DNA of 64,000 bases, from assembly GCA_963704885.1 (NCBI GenBank), contig CAVPIB010000004.1, positions 512,001 through 576,000 of the forward strand, in the 5' to 3' direction. Below are positions 1-10,147 of the stretch, piece after piece (within the stretch, counting starts at the first letter, position 1; the number at the start of each line of letters is the position of its first letter). Under the pieces are notes generated by a model. That model made no database searches. It saw only the letters and a list, made by a program, of their open reading frames with translations, and was not told the DNA's origin. Source of the stretch: an uncultured Actinomycetes bacterium (GTDB taxonomy: Bacteria; Actinomycetota; UBA4738; HRBIN12). Both the position numbers and the translations under genes were made by a program.

Positions 1-1
1 C

Positions 2-1396
2 GAGTGCGTGACCGCCGCCCAGCGCATCCTGGAGGCGGCCGGCGCCCCGATCGCCTGGGAGGAGTGTGAGGCCGGCGCCGAGGTATTCAAGAAAGGCCTG
101 CCCTCGGGCGTTCCGGCCGAGACCATGGATTCCATCACCCGGACACGCGTGGCGCTGAAAGGACCGCTGGAAACACCGATCGGATTCGGCGAGAAGAGCG
201 CGAACGTCACTCTGCGCAAGCTCTTCGAGACCTACGCGAACGTCCGCCCCGTACGCGAGATGCCGGGCGTGAAGACGCCCTACTCGGGTCGCGGCGTCGA
301 CCTGGTCGTCGTGCGCGAGAACGTCGAGGACCTCTACGCCGGTATCGAATACATGCAGACGCCGGGTGTCGCCGAGTGCCTGAAGCTCATCTCGGTGAAG
401 GGTTCCGAGAAGATCGTACGGTTCGCGTTCGAGTACGCGCGCTCGGAGGGACGCGCAAGCGTCGCATGCGCGACCAAGGCCAACATCATGAAGATGACCG
501 AGGGAACCATGAAGCGCGTCTTCGAGGAGGTGGCGCCCGACTACCCGGAGATCGAGTCGTGGCACGTGATCATCGACAACTGCGCGCACCAGCTGGTCAA
601 GCGCCCCGAGCAGTTCGACGTGATCGTGACCACGAACATGAACGGAGACATCATCAGCGACGAGTCTTCGGCCCTGATCGGCGGGCTGGGGTACGCCCCG
701 TCGGCCAACATCGGCAACGAGATCGCGATCTTCGAGGCTGTCCACGGCTCCGCACCGAAATACGCCGGCAAGAACGTGATCAACCCGACCGCGGTGATCC
801 TGTCGGCAGTCATGATGCTCCGGTACCTCGAGTTGTTCGAGCAGGCCGACGCGATCGAGCACGCGATCGGCGTGACCCTGGAGGCGGGCGTGCTGACGGG
901 CGACGTCCTCGGGTACGACCGAGGCACGCCCACCACCGACTACACCGACGCGATCATAGGGAACCTGGGACGGCGCACCGAGACCTGGACCGTTCGCGAG
1001 CACACGGCACTGAAGCTCCCGCGGCTGGCGCCGAACCCGGACTACGTGAAGCCCAAGTCACGCGCTGTGGTAGGTCTCGACGTGTTCGTGGAGTCGCCGT
1101 TACAGGCCAGCGAGTTGGGGGCGTCACTCATGGAGCTCACCTCCGACACCAGGCTCTCGCTCAAGATGGTCTCGTCGCGAGGGACGAAGGTGTTCCCGCC
1201 GACGGGAGCGATCACCGACACCCTCGATCACTGGCGCGCTCGGTTCATCATCAAGGAGAACCCCGGCGACCTGCCAGACGACGACGTTCACGAGCTCCTG
1301 CAACGGATCTCCAGCCGTCACCGCTGGATGCACATCGAGAAGCTCCAAGAGTTCGACGGCGAGCTGGGATTCACGCGAGATCAGGGCGAGAACTGA
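2..1396 (+). CDS. icd: Isocitrate dehydrogenase (NAD(P)-dependent, long form with C-terminal extension); 5' end probably outside window
   Basis: ALKGPLETP, SANVTLRK, RENVEDLY, KANIMK, NMNGDIISD, FEAVHGSAP motifs of the IDH/IMDH family. Frame is open to the window edge and the N-terminal GDGIG motif is missing. Confidence 0.9.
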   Translation, partial: ECVTAAQRILEAAGAPIAWEECEAGAEVFKKGLPSGVPAETMDSITRTRVALKGPLETPIGFGEKSANVTLRKLFETYANVRPVREMPGVKTPYSGRGVDLVVVRENVEDLYAGIEYMQTPGVAECLKLISVKGSEKIVRFAFEYARSEGRASVACATKANIMKMTEGTMKRVFEEVAPDYPEIESWHVIIDNCAHQLVKRPEQFDVIVTTNMNGDIISDESSALIGGLGYAPSANIGNEIAIFEAVHGSAPKYAGKNVINPTAVILSAVMMLRYLELFEQADAIEHAIGVTLEAGVLTGDVLGYDRGTPTTDYTDAIIGNLGRRTETWTVREHTALKLPRLAPNPDYVKPKSRAVVGLDVFVESPLQASELGASLMELTSDTRLSLKMVSSRGTKVFPPTGAITDTLDHWRARFIIKENPGDLPDDDVHELLQRISSRHRWMHIEKLQEFDGELGFTRDQGEN

Positions 1397-1827
1397 GCGG
1401 AGAGGAACTCCGCACGCACGCGATCGAAGAGCTCCCGGTCGTGCGGGTACGTGAGCAGCGAGCCCACGTCGGCCACGTCGACCCACCGGGCCTCGTCGAC
1501 CTCGTTGGCGGCTGCGATCGAGTCTCCCCCGGCCAGGGTCATGGTCCAGTAACGCACGGTCTTCGGGCGCATCCGGCTGTCGACGTACGAGATGGTCCCC
1601 AGGTCGCTCCCAGCGCGGCATGCAACGCCGATCTCCTCTTCGACCTCGCGTAGCGCGGCATCGAGCTCGGATTCCTTTTCATAGAGCTTGCCCTTGGGGA
1701 ACGACCAATCGTCGTAGGCGGGTCGGTGGACGAGAACGATCTCGATCCCAGCGGGAGCACGACGCCACACGATCCCGCCGGCCGCCCGTACGGGTGAGCC
1801 AGACTTGGACCGTCCTCCCTGACTCAC
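1381..1827 (-). CDS. NUDIX hydrolase (MutT1-like)
   Basis: Nudix box GKLYEKESELDAALREVEEEIG; VRAAGGIVW and HRPAYDDWSFPKG; overlaps the stop of the upstream CYTH-CHAD gene. Confidence 0.9.
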   Translation of the reverse strand: MSQGGRSKSGSPVRAAGGIVWRRAPAGIEIVLVHRPAYDDWSFPKGKLYEKESELDAALREVEEEIGVACRAGSDLGTISYVDSRMRPKTVRYWTMTLAGGDSIAAANEVDEARWVDVADVGSLLTYPHDRELFDRVRAEFLSAQFSP

Positions 1828-3311
1828 AACTCATCCCGGGCTGACGCCAAGAGCTTCCAGGCCTTCCGCCAATGAGCCCTGGCCTCGATGGCGGCCACGC
1901 GCTCTATCCCCGCGAGCATCCCTGCCGCGAAGGCCGCATCGCCGGACCGATGGTCGGCGGCCCAGGTGCGGAGCCAGGCCGCCGCGACCACGGCGTCGTT
2001 GTGCTCGCCCAGCACGATCTGCAGCCGGGCCGCCGCCTCGGCGAACGATCGGGCCGACTTCCCCATCAGCGGCGCCAACGTGTCGGCCGCGTAACGAACC
2101 CGCTTCGCGCGGATCCTTATGGTGTGCAGCTCCACATCGCCCGGGTGCTTGCCCGCCGAGCGCACCGCCCGTCGCAGATGTCGCCAGGGACCCTGCAGCA
2201 GGTCCCTCACGATGACCCGGACCGCAACGTCGGCATCCGGCAGTACACCCGGCGCGTCGGCGGCCTCGACGATCCGATCGAGCAGCGCGTAGTAGCGGTC
2301 GGTGCGTAGCGCCTCGATCAGCGCGACATGCGCCTCCTTCCGGCGGTGATCCAGCCCTTCGATCACCCTCGCCACGCCCGGCGCCTCCGGCGATGGGATC
2401 GACTCCGCACGGCCCCGCACCCGGTCGAGCATCACGTCTGTGTCTCGGGCTTCACCCAGGACGGCACCCAGCCACCTGAGCTCCGCTCGGAGCGGTTCGA
2501 CCCACGTGGGATCGAGCGCTATGCGGAACGTTCGAAGATCCGAACGAAGCCTCCGCGAAGCGACCCGCGCCTGGTGCACACCCTCGGGGTCCGCGTCCAG
2601 CCGCATCACGACGTCGTGGCGGATCAGGTGGATCGCCGATCGGGAGAGCGCCCTACCCAGCACGGCAGCGACAGTGGCGTCGTGCCGCAGATCGCGGACA
2701 AGAAGCTCCGGCGGCTCGAGGGCCAGCGGTCCCAACGCGCGCACGTACTTGGTGGTCGGATCCGTCGCTCCGGCGCCGGCCTCGCGGAGCCGGCGGAGCA
2801 CTTCGTCGAGCAACCCCGCCGGCGTGTCGTCGGTGATCTCGATCTCGAGCTCCCGGAACCTCGCCGCGATCCGACGCCCTGCCAGCACCGACACCTCGTC
2901 GTCCACCACCTCTCCGAGGCCGTGATCGTCGAAGTCGAGCAGCTGCGTCTTGCGGCGGATCGTCCGCAGCTTCACAACGGGACCGAGGGTCGCCGTGCGC
3001 ACGTATGCGCGGATGAGATCGATCGCCTCGCCAGACGGGGAGTTGGGGTCCTCACCTGGGAACTCGAACTCACCGCGGATCAGCATCACCCCGTCGTCCT
3101 CGGGCGGGAGCTTCACCGTCCAGCCCTGGCCTTGGCGGTGACGCAGACTGATCCCCCACCGGGCCAGGCGAAGGTCGCTGGTGTCGAAGTAGACCGTCTC
3201 CAACCGCGCGGGGTCGTACGGGACGACCAGAACGTCGTCGCCCAAGTCGTCGAGAGCCGGCATCCGGAACGTGGGAGAGGCCGCAAGCTTGACCTCCCGC
3301 TCCAAAGACAT
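1824..3311 (-). CDS. CYTH + CHAD domain protein (polyphosphate-binding)
   Basis: CYTH ExExK motif (EREVK) and YFDTSDLRL; CHAD motifs HQARVASRRLRS and HTIRIRAKRVRY; ATG at 3311 overlaps the ppk1 TGA. Confidence 0.88.
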   Translation of the reverse strand: MSLEREVKLAASPTFRMPALDDLGDDVLVVPYDPARLETVYFDTSDLRLARWGISLRHRQGQGWTVKLPPEDDGVMLIRGEFEFPGEDPNSPSGEAIDLIRAYVRTATLGPVVKLRTIRRKTQLLDFDDHGLGEVVDDEVSVLAGRRIAARFRELEIEITDDTPAGLLDEVLRRLREAGAGATDPTTKYVRALGPLALEPPELLVRDLRHDATVAAVLGRALSRSAIHLIRHDVVMRLDADPEGVHQARVASRRLRSDLRTFRIALDPTWVEPLRAELRWLGAVLGEARDTDVMLDRVRGRAESIPSPEAPGVARVIEGLDHRRKEAHVALIEALRTDRYYALLDRIVEAADAPGVLPDADVAVRVIVRDLLQGPWRHLRRAVRSAGKHPGDVELHTIRIRAKRVRYAADTLAPLMGKSARSFAEAAARLQIVLGEHNDAVVAAAWLRTWAADHRSGDAAFAAGMLAGIERVAAIEARAHWRKAWKLLASARDEL

Positions 3312-5395
3312 CAGCCCGCCCATCCCTCCGTCAACCGTTGGAGGAACGCCTGCGTCTCTATCCCCTTCTCCGATGGGACCTTCGACCAGCCGTCTGGGTG
3401 AAGCTCCCACGCCAAGACGTCATCCTTCAGGTTCACCTGAAGGATCTCGTCCAGCCGATCCTTCAGGCTGGGGTCCAGTACCTCCGTAACGCACTCCACG
3501 CGGTGGTCGAGGTTCCGCGGCATCAGATCGGCCGAACCTATGTATAAGCGGACGCCGCGGCGCTCGCTGCCGAACCGGAACACGCGGGAGTGCTCCAGGT
3601 ACCGCCCCACGATCGAGCGGATGTGGATGTTCTCGGACAGACCCGGGACGCCGGGCTGCAGGCAACAGATGCCGCGCACGATCAGGTCGATCCGGGTCCC
3701 CGACCGGGACGCTTCGTATAGCGCATCGATCATCTCGGAGTCCACCAAGCTGTTCATCTTCATGACGATGCGTCCGTCGTCGGCCTGGGCCTCCTCGCGG
3801 ATCAGGGAGAGGAGGCGTGAGCGTAAGCTGATCGGAGCCACCAGGATCCGGCGATATGCGAGTTGCTGGCTGTACCCGGTGAGGTAGTTGAAGAGGTCGG
3901 CTACGTCGGCCGTGATATCGGGGTCGTCGGTGAGCAGCCCCAGGTCCTCGTAAAGGGTGGCCGTCACCGGGTGGTAGTTGCCGGTGCCGACGTGCGCGTA
4001 GCGTCGGATCGCGTCGCCCTCGTCACGGACGACCAGCGAGCACTTGGCGTGCGTCTTCAACCCGACCACTCCGTACACGACGTGAACGCCAGCCTGCTCT
4101 AGGACGCGAGCCCACGTGATGTTGGTCTCTTCGTCGAACCGAGCGGTGAGCTCCACGAGCGCCACCGTCTGTTTGCCCAGCTCCGCTGCGCGGACCAACG
4201 CGCGAACGATCGGGCTCTCTTCTCCGGAGGTTCGATACAGCGTCTGCTTGATAGCCAGGACGGATGGATCGCGTGCTGCCTGCTCCACGAATAGCTCGGT
4301 CGACGTCGAGAAGGCGTCATAGGGATGATGGACGAGGATGTCTCCCTCGCGGATCACGCTGAAGATGTCAACGTGTCCGCTCGCGACGGGCTGGAGCCTG
4401 GTCTGAGTGACGCCGGTCCACGGCTCCCCGTTCAGGTCGGGGCGATCGAGCGATGTCAGCTGCCATAGATCGCCCAGACCCAGCATCGACTTGGTCACGA
4501 AGACGTCGGACTTCTCGACCCCGAGCTCGTCCTCGATCAGCGAACGGACCGCCTTGGGCATGGAACGATGAACCTCCAGGCGCACGGCCTCCGGCGATCG
4601 CTCCCGCTGGCGGAGGATCGACTCGATCGCAGCGAGCAGATCGTCGGCTTCATCTAACTCGAGGTCGAGGTCGAGGTCGCGCGTCACGCGGAACGGGTGA
4701 ACGGCCAGCATCTCCATGCCGGTAAAGAGAAGATCCAGGTTGGCTGCGATCACCTGCTCCTGCGGGACGAATCGCCCGTCCCCGGGGAGCGGTAGCAACC
4801 GGGGGATGTTCGGCGGCACCTTCACCCGTGCGAATCGCCGGAGGTGCGTTGCGGGATCGCGGACCACGACCGCCAGGTTCAAGGAGAGATCGGAGATATA
4901 CGGGAACGGGTGTGCCCGATCGACGGATAGCGGCGTGAGGATGGGGAACACGCGGCGCTCGAACGTCTGCCGCATGTGGATCCGATCGTCGGCGCCGAGG
5001 TCCTCCCAGTCCACGATGCTGACCCCGGCCGCATCCAGCCGGGGCCGTACGCTCTTTGCCCAGATCTGGTGCTGGCGAGTCATCAGGAACTTGACCCGCT
5101 TGCTGATAGCGTCCAGCTGCTGCCGCACGGTCAGACCGTCCGGCGAAGTGGTCGACAACCCTACCGACAGCTGATCCTTCAGTCCGGCAACGCGGATCTG
5201 GAAGAACTCGTCCAGGTTGCGGCTGAAGATCGCAAGGAACTTCACGCGCTCTAGGAGCGGACGCTCGTTGTCCTCGGCGAGCGCCAGCACGCGGGCGTTG
5301 AAGTCCAGCCAGGACAGCTCTCGGTTGGCGAACCGACTGGGAGGCGGCACTTCCTTGAGCGGGGTGGATCGTGCGACGTGCGCCTCGCTCGGCAT
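3311..5395 (-). CDS. ppk1: Polyphosphate kinase 1
   Basis: NRELSWLDFNARVL, NLDEFFQIRVAGL, HHPY, ARFDEE, KTHAK, GTGNY, RYLEHSR, SADLMPRNL. Confidence 0.97.
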   Translation of the reverse strand: MPSEAHVARSTPLKEVPPPSRFANRELSWLDFNARVLALAEDNERPLLERVKFLAIFSRNLDEFFQIRVAGLKDQLSVGLSTTSPDGLTVRQQLDAISKRVKFLMTRQHQIWAKSVRPRLDAAGVSIVDWEDLGADDRIHMRQTFERRVFPILTPLSVDRAHPFPYISDLSLNLAVVVRDPATHLRRFARVKVPPNIPRLLPLPGDGRFVPQEQVIAANLDLLFTGMEMLAVHPFRVTRDLDLDLELDEADDLLAAIESILRQRERSPEAVRLEVHRSMPKAVRSLIEDELGVEKSDVFVTKSMLGLGDLWQLTSLDRPDLNGEPWTGVTQTRLQPVASGHVDIFSVIREGDILVHHPYDAFSTSTELFVEQAARDPSVLAIKQTLYRTSGEESPIVRALVRAAELGKQTVALVELTARFDEETNITWARVLEQAGVHVVYGVVGLKTHAKCSLVVRDEGDAIRRYAHVGTGNYHPVTATLYEDLGLLTDDPDITADVADLFNYLTGYSQQLAYRRILVAPISLRSRLLSLIREEAQADDGRIVMKMNSLVDSEMIDALYEASRSGTRIDLIVRGICCLQPGVPGLSENIHIRSIVGRYLEHSRVFRFGSERRGVRLYIGSADLMPRNLDHRVECVTEVLDPSLKDRLDEILQVNLKDDVLAWELHPDGWSKVPSEKGIETQAFLQRLTEGWAG

Positions 5396-5484
5396 GTGAA
5401 TGGTCCTTGCGGTTGGGGAACGCTGTTGCTTCCGGATGGTACTTCACGCTGCGCTGCAGCGCGACCGCCATCCGGTCATAGAAG

Positions 5485-6264
5485 ATGTCCTCCATGACCA
5501 CGGCGGAGGCGCTCCTGACAGTGGCGGTCGGGTTGGGCGCTGGTGTGCTGTCCGGCCTCTTCGGCGTGGGTGGCGGGATCGTGATGACACCGGGACTGAC
5601 CGCCCTGGCCGGCCTCGCGCCGATCGTAGCGATCGCGACGCCCCTTCCGGTGATCCTGCCGACCGCTTCGGTGGGCGCATACACCTACTATCGGGCCGGC
5701 GAGGTAGACATCCGGGCCGCCAAGTGGATCTCGCTGACCGGGGCGGGGGCTTCGGCCGTGGGGGCCGCGCTCACGCGGGTGGTCGATGCGAGGTTCCTGC
5801 TCCTGGTGACCGCCGCGCTCCTGGCCTGGCAATCCGCTCAGATCCTTCGCGGACGATCGCGCGTGGGCTCCGAGATCGAGGATGTCGCGATCCCGGCGTG
5901 GACGCTCGTCCTGGTCGGCCTGGTCGCGGGGCTCCTCTCGGGACTGCTGGGGATCGGCGGTGGCCTGGTGATCGTGCCCGCGCTCGCAGGCATCTTGGAC
6001 GTTCCGCTGAAGAGGGCGCTGGGCACCTCGCTGGTTGCCGTGGTGGTCTTGGTCATCCCGGGGACGATCGTCCACGCGGCGCTTGACCACCTGGACTGGA
6101 CTGCGGCATTTCTCCTTGCGATCGGGGCGCTGCCAGGGGCTCGACTGGGAGCCAAGATCGCCCTGGGCGCCGATGAGCGGACCCTCCGGTTGATGGTGGG
6201 CAGCTTCCTGGCGTTCGTCGCCGTGGCCTACGGGACCCAGCAGGCGATCGAGCTGCTCTCGTGA
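5485..6264 (+). CDS. Sulfite exporter TauE/SafE family membrane protein
   Basis: Duplicated G(V/L)LSGLxG(V/I)GGG motifs, hydrophobic, 259 aa. Confidence 0.88.
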   Translation: MSSMTTAEALLTVAVGLGAGVLSGLFGVGGGIVMTPGLTALAGLAPIVAIATPLPVILPTASVGAYTYYRAGEVDIRAAKWISLTGAGASAVGAALTRVVDARFLLLVTAALLAWQSAQILRGRSRVGSEIEDVAIPAWTLVLVGLVAGLLSGLLGIGGGLVIVPALAGILDVPLKRALGTSLVAVVVLVIPGTIVHAALDHLDWTAAFLLAIGALPGARLGAKIALGADERTLRLMVGSFLAFVAVAYGTQQAIELLS

Positions 6265-6282
6265 AGTCGGCGAGGGCCCAGT

Positions 6283-6291
6283 TGCTACACT
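6283..6291 (+). promoter_or_regulatory. Extended -10 (TGnTACACT) for tRNA-Glu
   Basis: TGCTACACT 26 nt upstream of the tRNA 5' end. Confidence 0.5.
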
Positions 6292-6317
6292 TCCGCGCGA
6301 CCCAGTCCAGGTCGTTC

Positions 6318-6390
6318 GGTCCCATCGTCTAGTGGCCTAGGACACCACCCTCTCAAGGTGGAGACACGGGTTCGAACCCCGTTGGGACTA
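6318..6390 (+). tRNA. tRNA-Glu (anticodon CTC), CCA not encoded
   Basis: Acceptor GGTCCCA/TGGGACT, anticodon arm CCACC-CTCTCAA-GGTGG, T arm CGGG-TTCGAAC-CCCG. Confidence 0.97.
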
Positions 6391-6661
6391 CGCAGGTCAG
6401 AGGCCCGTGCCATCCGGAAGGGTCGTCCACTCAGCATCCTGCGGTCGCTGACTCTACCGACGAACTCGCCAGGTTGAGCAGGCGTTTCGGGATCCCCTCG
6501 AACCCGTTTGCTTGTCGAGCCGGAATCCGACACGTGGGTCGTAGGCGTGAGGCGTGGAGGCAACCGAAAGGCCGGGATGACAGGCCGCAGCCGACGTCGA
6601 CCGACACAGCGTAGACGCTCGGTAACTGGGGCTTCGTATCGGCGAGACGCGCCCGCGGCGA

Positions 6662-7819
6662 TCAGGGCATCGGAGCCGGCGCGGCGGCGTATCGATCGGC
6701 CAATCGCGCGAGGAGCGGTCCGCCCACCGCTAGGAGAAGCACGTACGCGGCCGCGATCGGTCCGATGTCCGGCTCCGCACCCGACGCGACCGCGATGCCG
6801 GCGATCACGATCGAGAACTCGCCCCTGGCGATCAGCCCGACGCCGGCGCGGATCCGACCTCGACGGCCAAGCCCAGCCCGTCTGGCGGCGAGCCATCCTG
6901 TGGCGTACTTGCTCGCGGCGCCGACGAGCGCCAGCGCACCGGCGGATGGGAGCGCGCGGGGCAGCGTTCCAGGATCGACCTCGAAGCCGAAGAACAGGAA
7001 GAACGCCGCGGCGAACACCGAGCGCAGGGGGATGAGTAGCGATCGAGCTCGACCCGCCGATGGCCCCGAGAAGGCGATCCCGGCGAGGAACGCGCCCACC
7101 GCCGCCGAGACGTTGAGCGACTGCGTCGCACCGGCTGTCAGCAGCAGGACGGCGAGGATCGCGAACAGCAGCGCTTCGTCCGAGCGGCTGAAGACTGCGC
7201 GACTGATCGCCTCACCGTAGCGAGCGGCGACCGCAAGCACGGTGAGGACGACGAGGGCAGCGATGCCGACGGAAATCGCAACGCGCCAAGGACCGCCCCC
7301 CACAAGCAACACCGTCCCGAGCGGCAGGAACCCCGCCATCGCCAGGTCCTCGATCACCAGGATCGCGAGGACGAGCGGTGTCTCGCGGTTCCCCATCCAC
7401 CCGAGGTCGTCGAGCGTTCGGGCGATGACGCCGGACGAGGAGATGTAGGTCACGCCACCCAGGAACGCCGCCGGGACAGGATCCCAACCGAGCATGATGC
7501 CGGCAATGAAGCCGGGCGTGAAGTTCAGCACCAGGTCGAGCCCGCCGACGAGCGCGGTGGAGCGGAGCGACCCCACCAGCTCACGGGCTGAGTACTCAAG
7601 CCCAAGCGAGAACAGGAGTAGGATCAGGCCGATCTCCGCTCCTGCCGCGATGAACTCGTCCGCGGTTACAAGCGGGATCACACCGCCCTGTCCGAACGCC
7701 AGACCTGCCAGCAGGTAGAGCGGGATCGGCGAGAAGCCGAATCGGGAGGCCAGCCGGGCCAGGATCGCGAGCAGCAGCACGACGCCGCCGAGCTCGATGA
7801 GGAACAGCGAGTCCTGCAC
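6662..7819 (-). CDS. CPA2 cation:proton antiporter (KhtU/YhaU-like)
   Basis: LLFSLGLEYS, ISSSGVI, ILVIEDLA, ARGEFSIVIA motifs; follows a KhtT-like gene. Confidence 0.9.
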   Translation of the reverse strand: MQDSLFLIELGGVVLLLAILARLASRFGFSPIPLYLLAGLAFGQGGVIPLVTADEFIAAGAEIGLILLLFSLGLEYSARELVGSLRSTALVGGLDLVLNFTPGFIAGIMLGWDPVPAAFLGGVTYISSSGVIARTLDDLGWMGNRETPLVLAILVIEDLAMAGFLPLGTVLLVGGGPWRVAISVGIAALVVLTVLAVAARYGEAISRAVFSRSDEALLFAILAVLLLTAGATQSLNVSAAVGAFLAGIAFSGPSAGRARSLLIPLRSVFAAAFFLFFGFEVDPGTLPRALPSAGALALVGAASKYATGWLAARRAGLGRRGRIRAGVGLIARGEFSIVIAGIAVASGAEPDIGPIAAAYVLLLAVGGPLLARLADRYAAAPAPMP

Positions 7820-7822
7820 CGC

Positions 7823-8317
7823 TCAACCCGAGCGGAGTAGGATGGCGAGCTCCTCGATGCCGCGGGGCGTGCCCACCACTACGAGTACGTCCCCGCCCCG
7901 CAGTCCGAACTCTGGACCAGGTGCCGGGTTCGCCGAACCCGCGCGAAGAACCGCCACGATCGACACCCCGGTCCGCGTCCTGGCGGCCGTGTCGCCGATC
8001 GTCCGCCCGTCGAACGGCGAGGTCCCGGGGAGCGGCAGCCGATCCACGGCGAGCCCCTCGACGTCCTGCTCGAGCTCCGCGAGATCCTTGGCCACCTGGG
8101 ACACGCCCAGCAGCTCCGCGAGCGTGCGGCTGTCATCCGCGCTCAGCCGGACGAGGTCGTGCGAGGTGTCGGGATCCTCACGCTCGAAGAGCACCAGCTC
8201 CCGCATCCCCGAGCGGTGGTGGACCACGCCGACACGGGCGCCGTCCTCGGTGACGAACTCGTACCGGACGCCGATACCGGGCAACGGCGTCTCGCTAACG
8301 ATGCGCACGAATGTCAT
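7823..8317 (-). CDS. Antiporter regulatory subunit (KhtT-like, TrkA-C/RCK_C domain)
   Basis: ETPLPGIGVRYEF, RTRTGVSIVAV, GDVLVVVGT. Confidence 0.9.
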   Translation of the reverse strand: MTFVRIVSETPLPGIGVRYEFVTEDGARVGVVHHRSGMRELVLFEREDPDTSHDLVRLSADDSRTLAELLGVSQVAKDLAELEQDVEGLAVDRLPLPGTSPFDGRTIGDTAARTRTGVSIVAVLRAGSANPAPGPEFGLRGGDVLVVVGTPRGIEELAILLRSG

Positions 8318-8694
8318 CCCTCCTGCCAGGATGGAGCCAAGATCGAAACGAGAGTCTCCCGGGGGAAACTCTGCTCAGGGCCGGCAGCCGCTGCAGCAGT
8401 TCGTCTAGGAACTCGATGGCCCGCATCGCGTCGTGTTGATCTGGCTCGCTGTCCAGCCACGCCACGAGCTGCTCACGTGCTCGCATAGGGGCATTGATCG
8501 AGTAGCTTGTCGATGGTTCCGATCCCGCCGCGTTGGTCATGGAGGGAACCGGGAACGTCGGGCCGGCGTAGCGAAACGCGCTTGTCGTCTTTCTTGCGGG
8601 ACACATACAGACGCCGACCGTCGCGGAGATCGGCTGCGAAGTACTTGCCCCCTCGCGGACCCTCCAACTCGAGGATGTTCGGCTGCTCGGTCAT
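8295..8694 (-). pseudogene. Small hypothetical gene, apparently frameshifted in a C-run near 8488
   Basis: MTEQPNILELEGPRGGKYF...DKLLDQC continues one base out of frame as MRAREQLVAWLDSEPDQHDAMRAIEFLDELLQRLP; 3' end uncertain. Confidence 0.4.
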
Positions 8695-8941
8695 CCCATC
8701 CACCCGTGCATCTCCTCCTCCCAGAGCATCCCCAACACTACGCCTCGAGCGTGCGGCGACTCCTCCAAGTCGATCAGGAGCTCCGCGGACGTCCGCGTCT
8801 TGGCGATGCGAGAACAACCGGATCTGCCGCGCGCGGTCGAAGTCCGGAAGCATCAGTGTGGAGCAGCTCGGCGTGTGGAACGGGGCCGAGCGCGTCCAGG
8901 CGATCGTGGAGCAGGCGCTCGATGTCTTCGAGGTTGGTCAT
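8691..8941 (-). pseudogene. Small helical hypothetical gene split across reading frames
   Basis: MTNLEDIERLLHDRLDALGPVPHAELLH / LMLPDFDRARQI / AKTRTSAELLIDLEESPHARGVVLGMLWEEEMHGWMG* with coding-like codon bias; its stop overlaps the next ATG (ATGA). Confidence 0.45.
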
Positions 8942-8961
8942 GTGCTTGCTGAGGGACGACT

Positions 8962-9405
8962 CTAGTGGGTCGATACCAACCGGGCAGTCACGCTGAGCTC
9001 GACGTTCCCCTTCAGCGCACCCGAGACTGGACAGCCATCCTTCGCCTGCTCGGCGGCGTCTCTGAACGCATCCTCCGTGATCCCGGGGACCAAGCCCTCC
9101 ACGTCCAGCGCCGAAGCAGTGATCCCTGTCCCCGGGACGAAGGTGACGGTGGCCGCGACGTTCAGGCCCTCCGGCGGCGTCCCGGCCTTGGCCAGCCCGT
9201 TGGACAGCGCCATCGAGAAGCAGGCGGCGTGCGCCGCCGCGATCAGCTCCTCGGGGCTCGTGAGCTCGGCTTGGCCCTCGCCGGTCCGCGCAGCCCAGGA
9301 CACACCGAGCGGTCCGAACGCCCCGCTACCCACGCGCTCGATCGTGCCGTTCCCACTCATCAGGTCGCCACGCCACGTGACGTCCGCTCGCTTCTCGGCA
9401 GCCAT
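8962..9405 (-). CDS. osmC: OsmC family peroxiredoxin
   Basis: TSPEELIAAAHAACFSMALS and AKDGCPVSGAL (both Cys); GGAGGG RBS. Confidence 0.93.
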   Translation of the reverse strand: MAAEKRADVTWRGDLMSGNGTIERVGSGAFGPLGVSWAARTGEGQAELTSPEELIAAAHAACFSMALSNGLAKAGTPPEGLNVAATVTFVPGTGITASALDVEGLVPGITEDAFRDAAEQAKDGCPVSGALKGNVELSVTARLVSTH

Positions 9406-9670
9406 CCGTTCCCTCCTGACCGTCTCCGACGGGCCCAGCTAACCGCGTCCGGGACATTGGGAGCAAGCCGTGGCGACCGTTCCTCTCGAAAACGCAGGGG
9501 TCGTGATAGGCGAGATCAGGAAAGTCTCCCCATCAGTGCCGCGCTGATCGGAGGCTGTCCCTCCGTGACGATGCTGGATAGCTCGCCGTGCTGATCGACC
9601 TGGAAGAGGACGAAAGGGTACCTTCGACGGGAGGTTGCACGACGTCGATCCGACCGGCTACGGTTCGATC

Positions 9671-10147
9671 GTGAGCGACAGGAGGCCTTCGCGCGAGGGG
9701 TCCGGGCTCTCCGTCGGCCAACCGTTGGGACGCGCGGGCGTCGAGATTCTCGCAGCAGTTCCGCTGTTCTCGGAGTTGTCGAAGCGACGACTCCGATCGC
9801 TCTCCGACAAGGCCATGGTCGTCAGCTACGGCCCCGACCGGATCGTGCTGGGGGAGGGGGTGCGTGGGGGCGGTTCGGTGTTCGTGCTCTTAGAGGGCAC
9901 CGCCCGGGTGGTGGTCGGGAGTCGTACGATCAAACCTCTCGGCCCGGGAGACGTCTTCGGCGAGCTGTCCCTCTTGGATGGTTCACCCCGCTCGGCCAGC
10001 GTGGTCGCCGCATCATCCATCGTGACGGCTCGACTGTCGCGCACGGCCTTTCTCGATCTCATCCGGTCCGATCCGGACATCGCCTTCCACATCATGGAGA
10101 TGCTCGCCACTCGCCTGCGAGAGTGCCAGGGGAGCGGCGCGCTGTAG
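9671..10147 (+). CDS. Stand-alone cyclic-nucleotide-binding domain protein (start uncertain)
   Basis: LAAVPLFSEL, GDVFGELSLLDGSPRSASV; no HTH. Confidence 0.82.
   Translation: MSDRRPSREGSGLSVGQPLGRAGVEILAAVPLFSELSKRRLRSLSDKAMVVSYGPDRIVLGEGVRGGGSVFVLLEGTARVVVGSRTIKPLGPGDVFGELSLLDGSPRSASVVAASSIVTARLSRTAFLDLIRSDPDIAFHIMEMLATRLRECQGSGAL

Noticed and set aside
1381-1396. Convergent 3' overlaps (also 21492-21502, 29739-29764, 62566-62578) as antisense control
   Set aside because: Short tail overlaps are common in compact high-GC genomes; no further evidence
6391-6661. Possible attR site or ncRNA after the tRNA
   Set aside because: No duplicated tRNA end, no integrase and no recognisable RNA family seen
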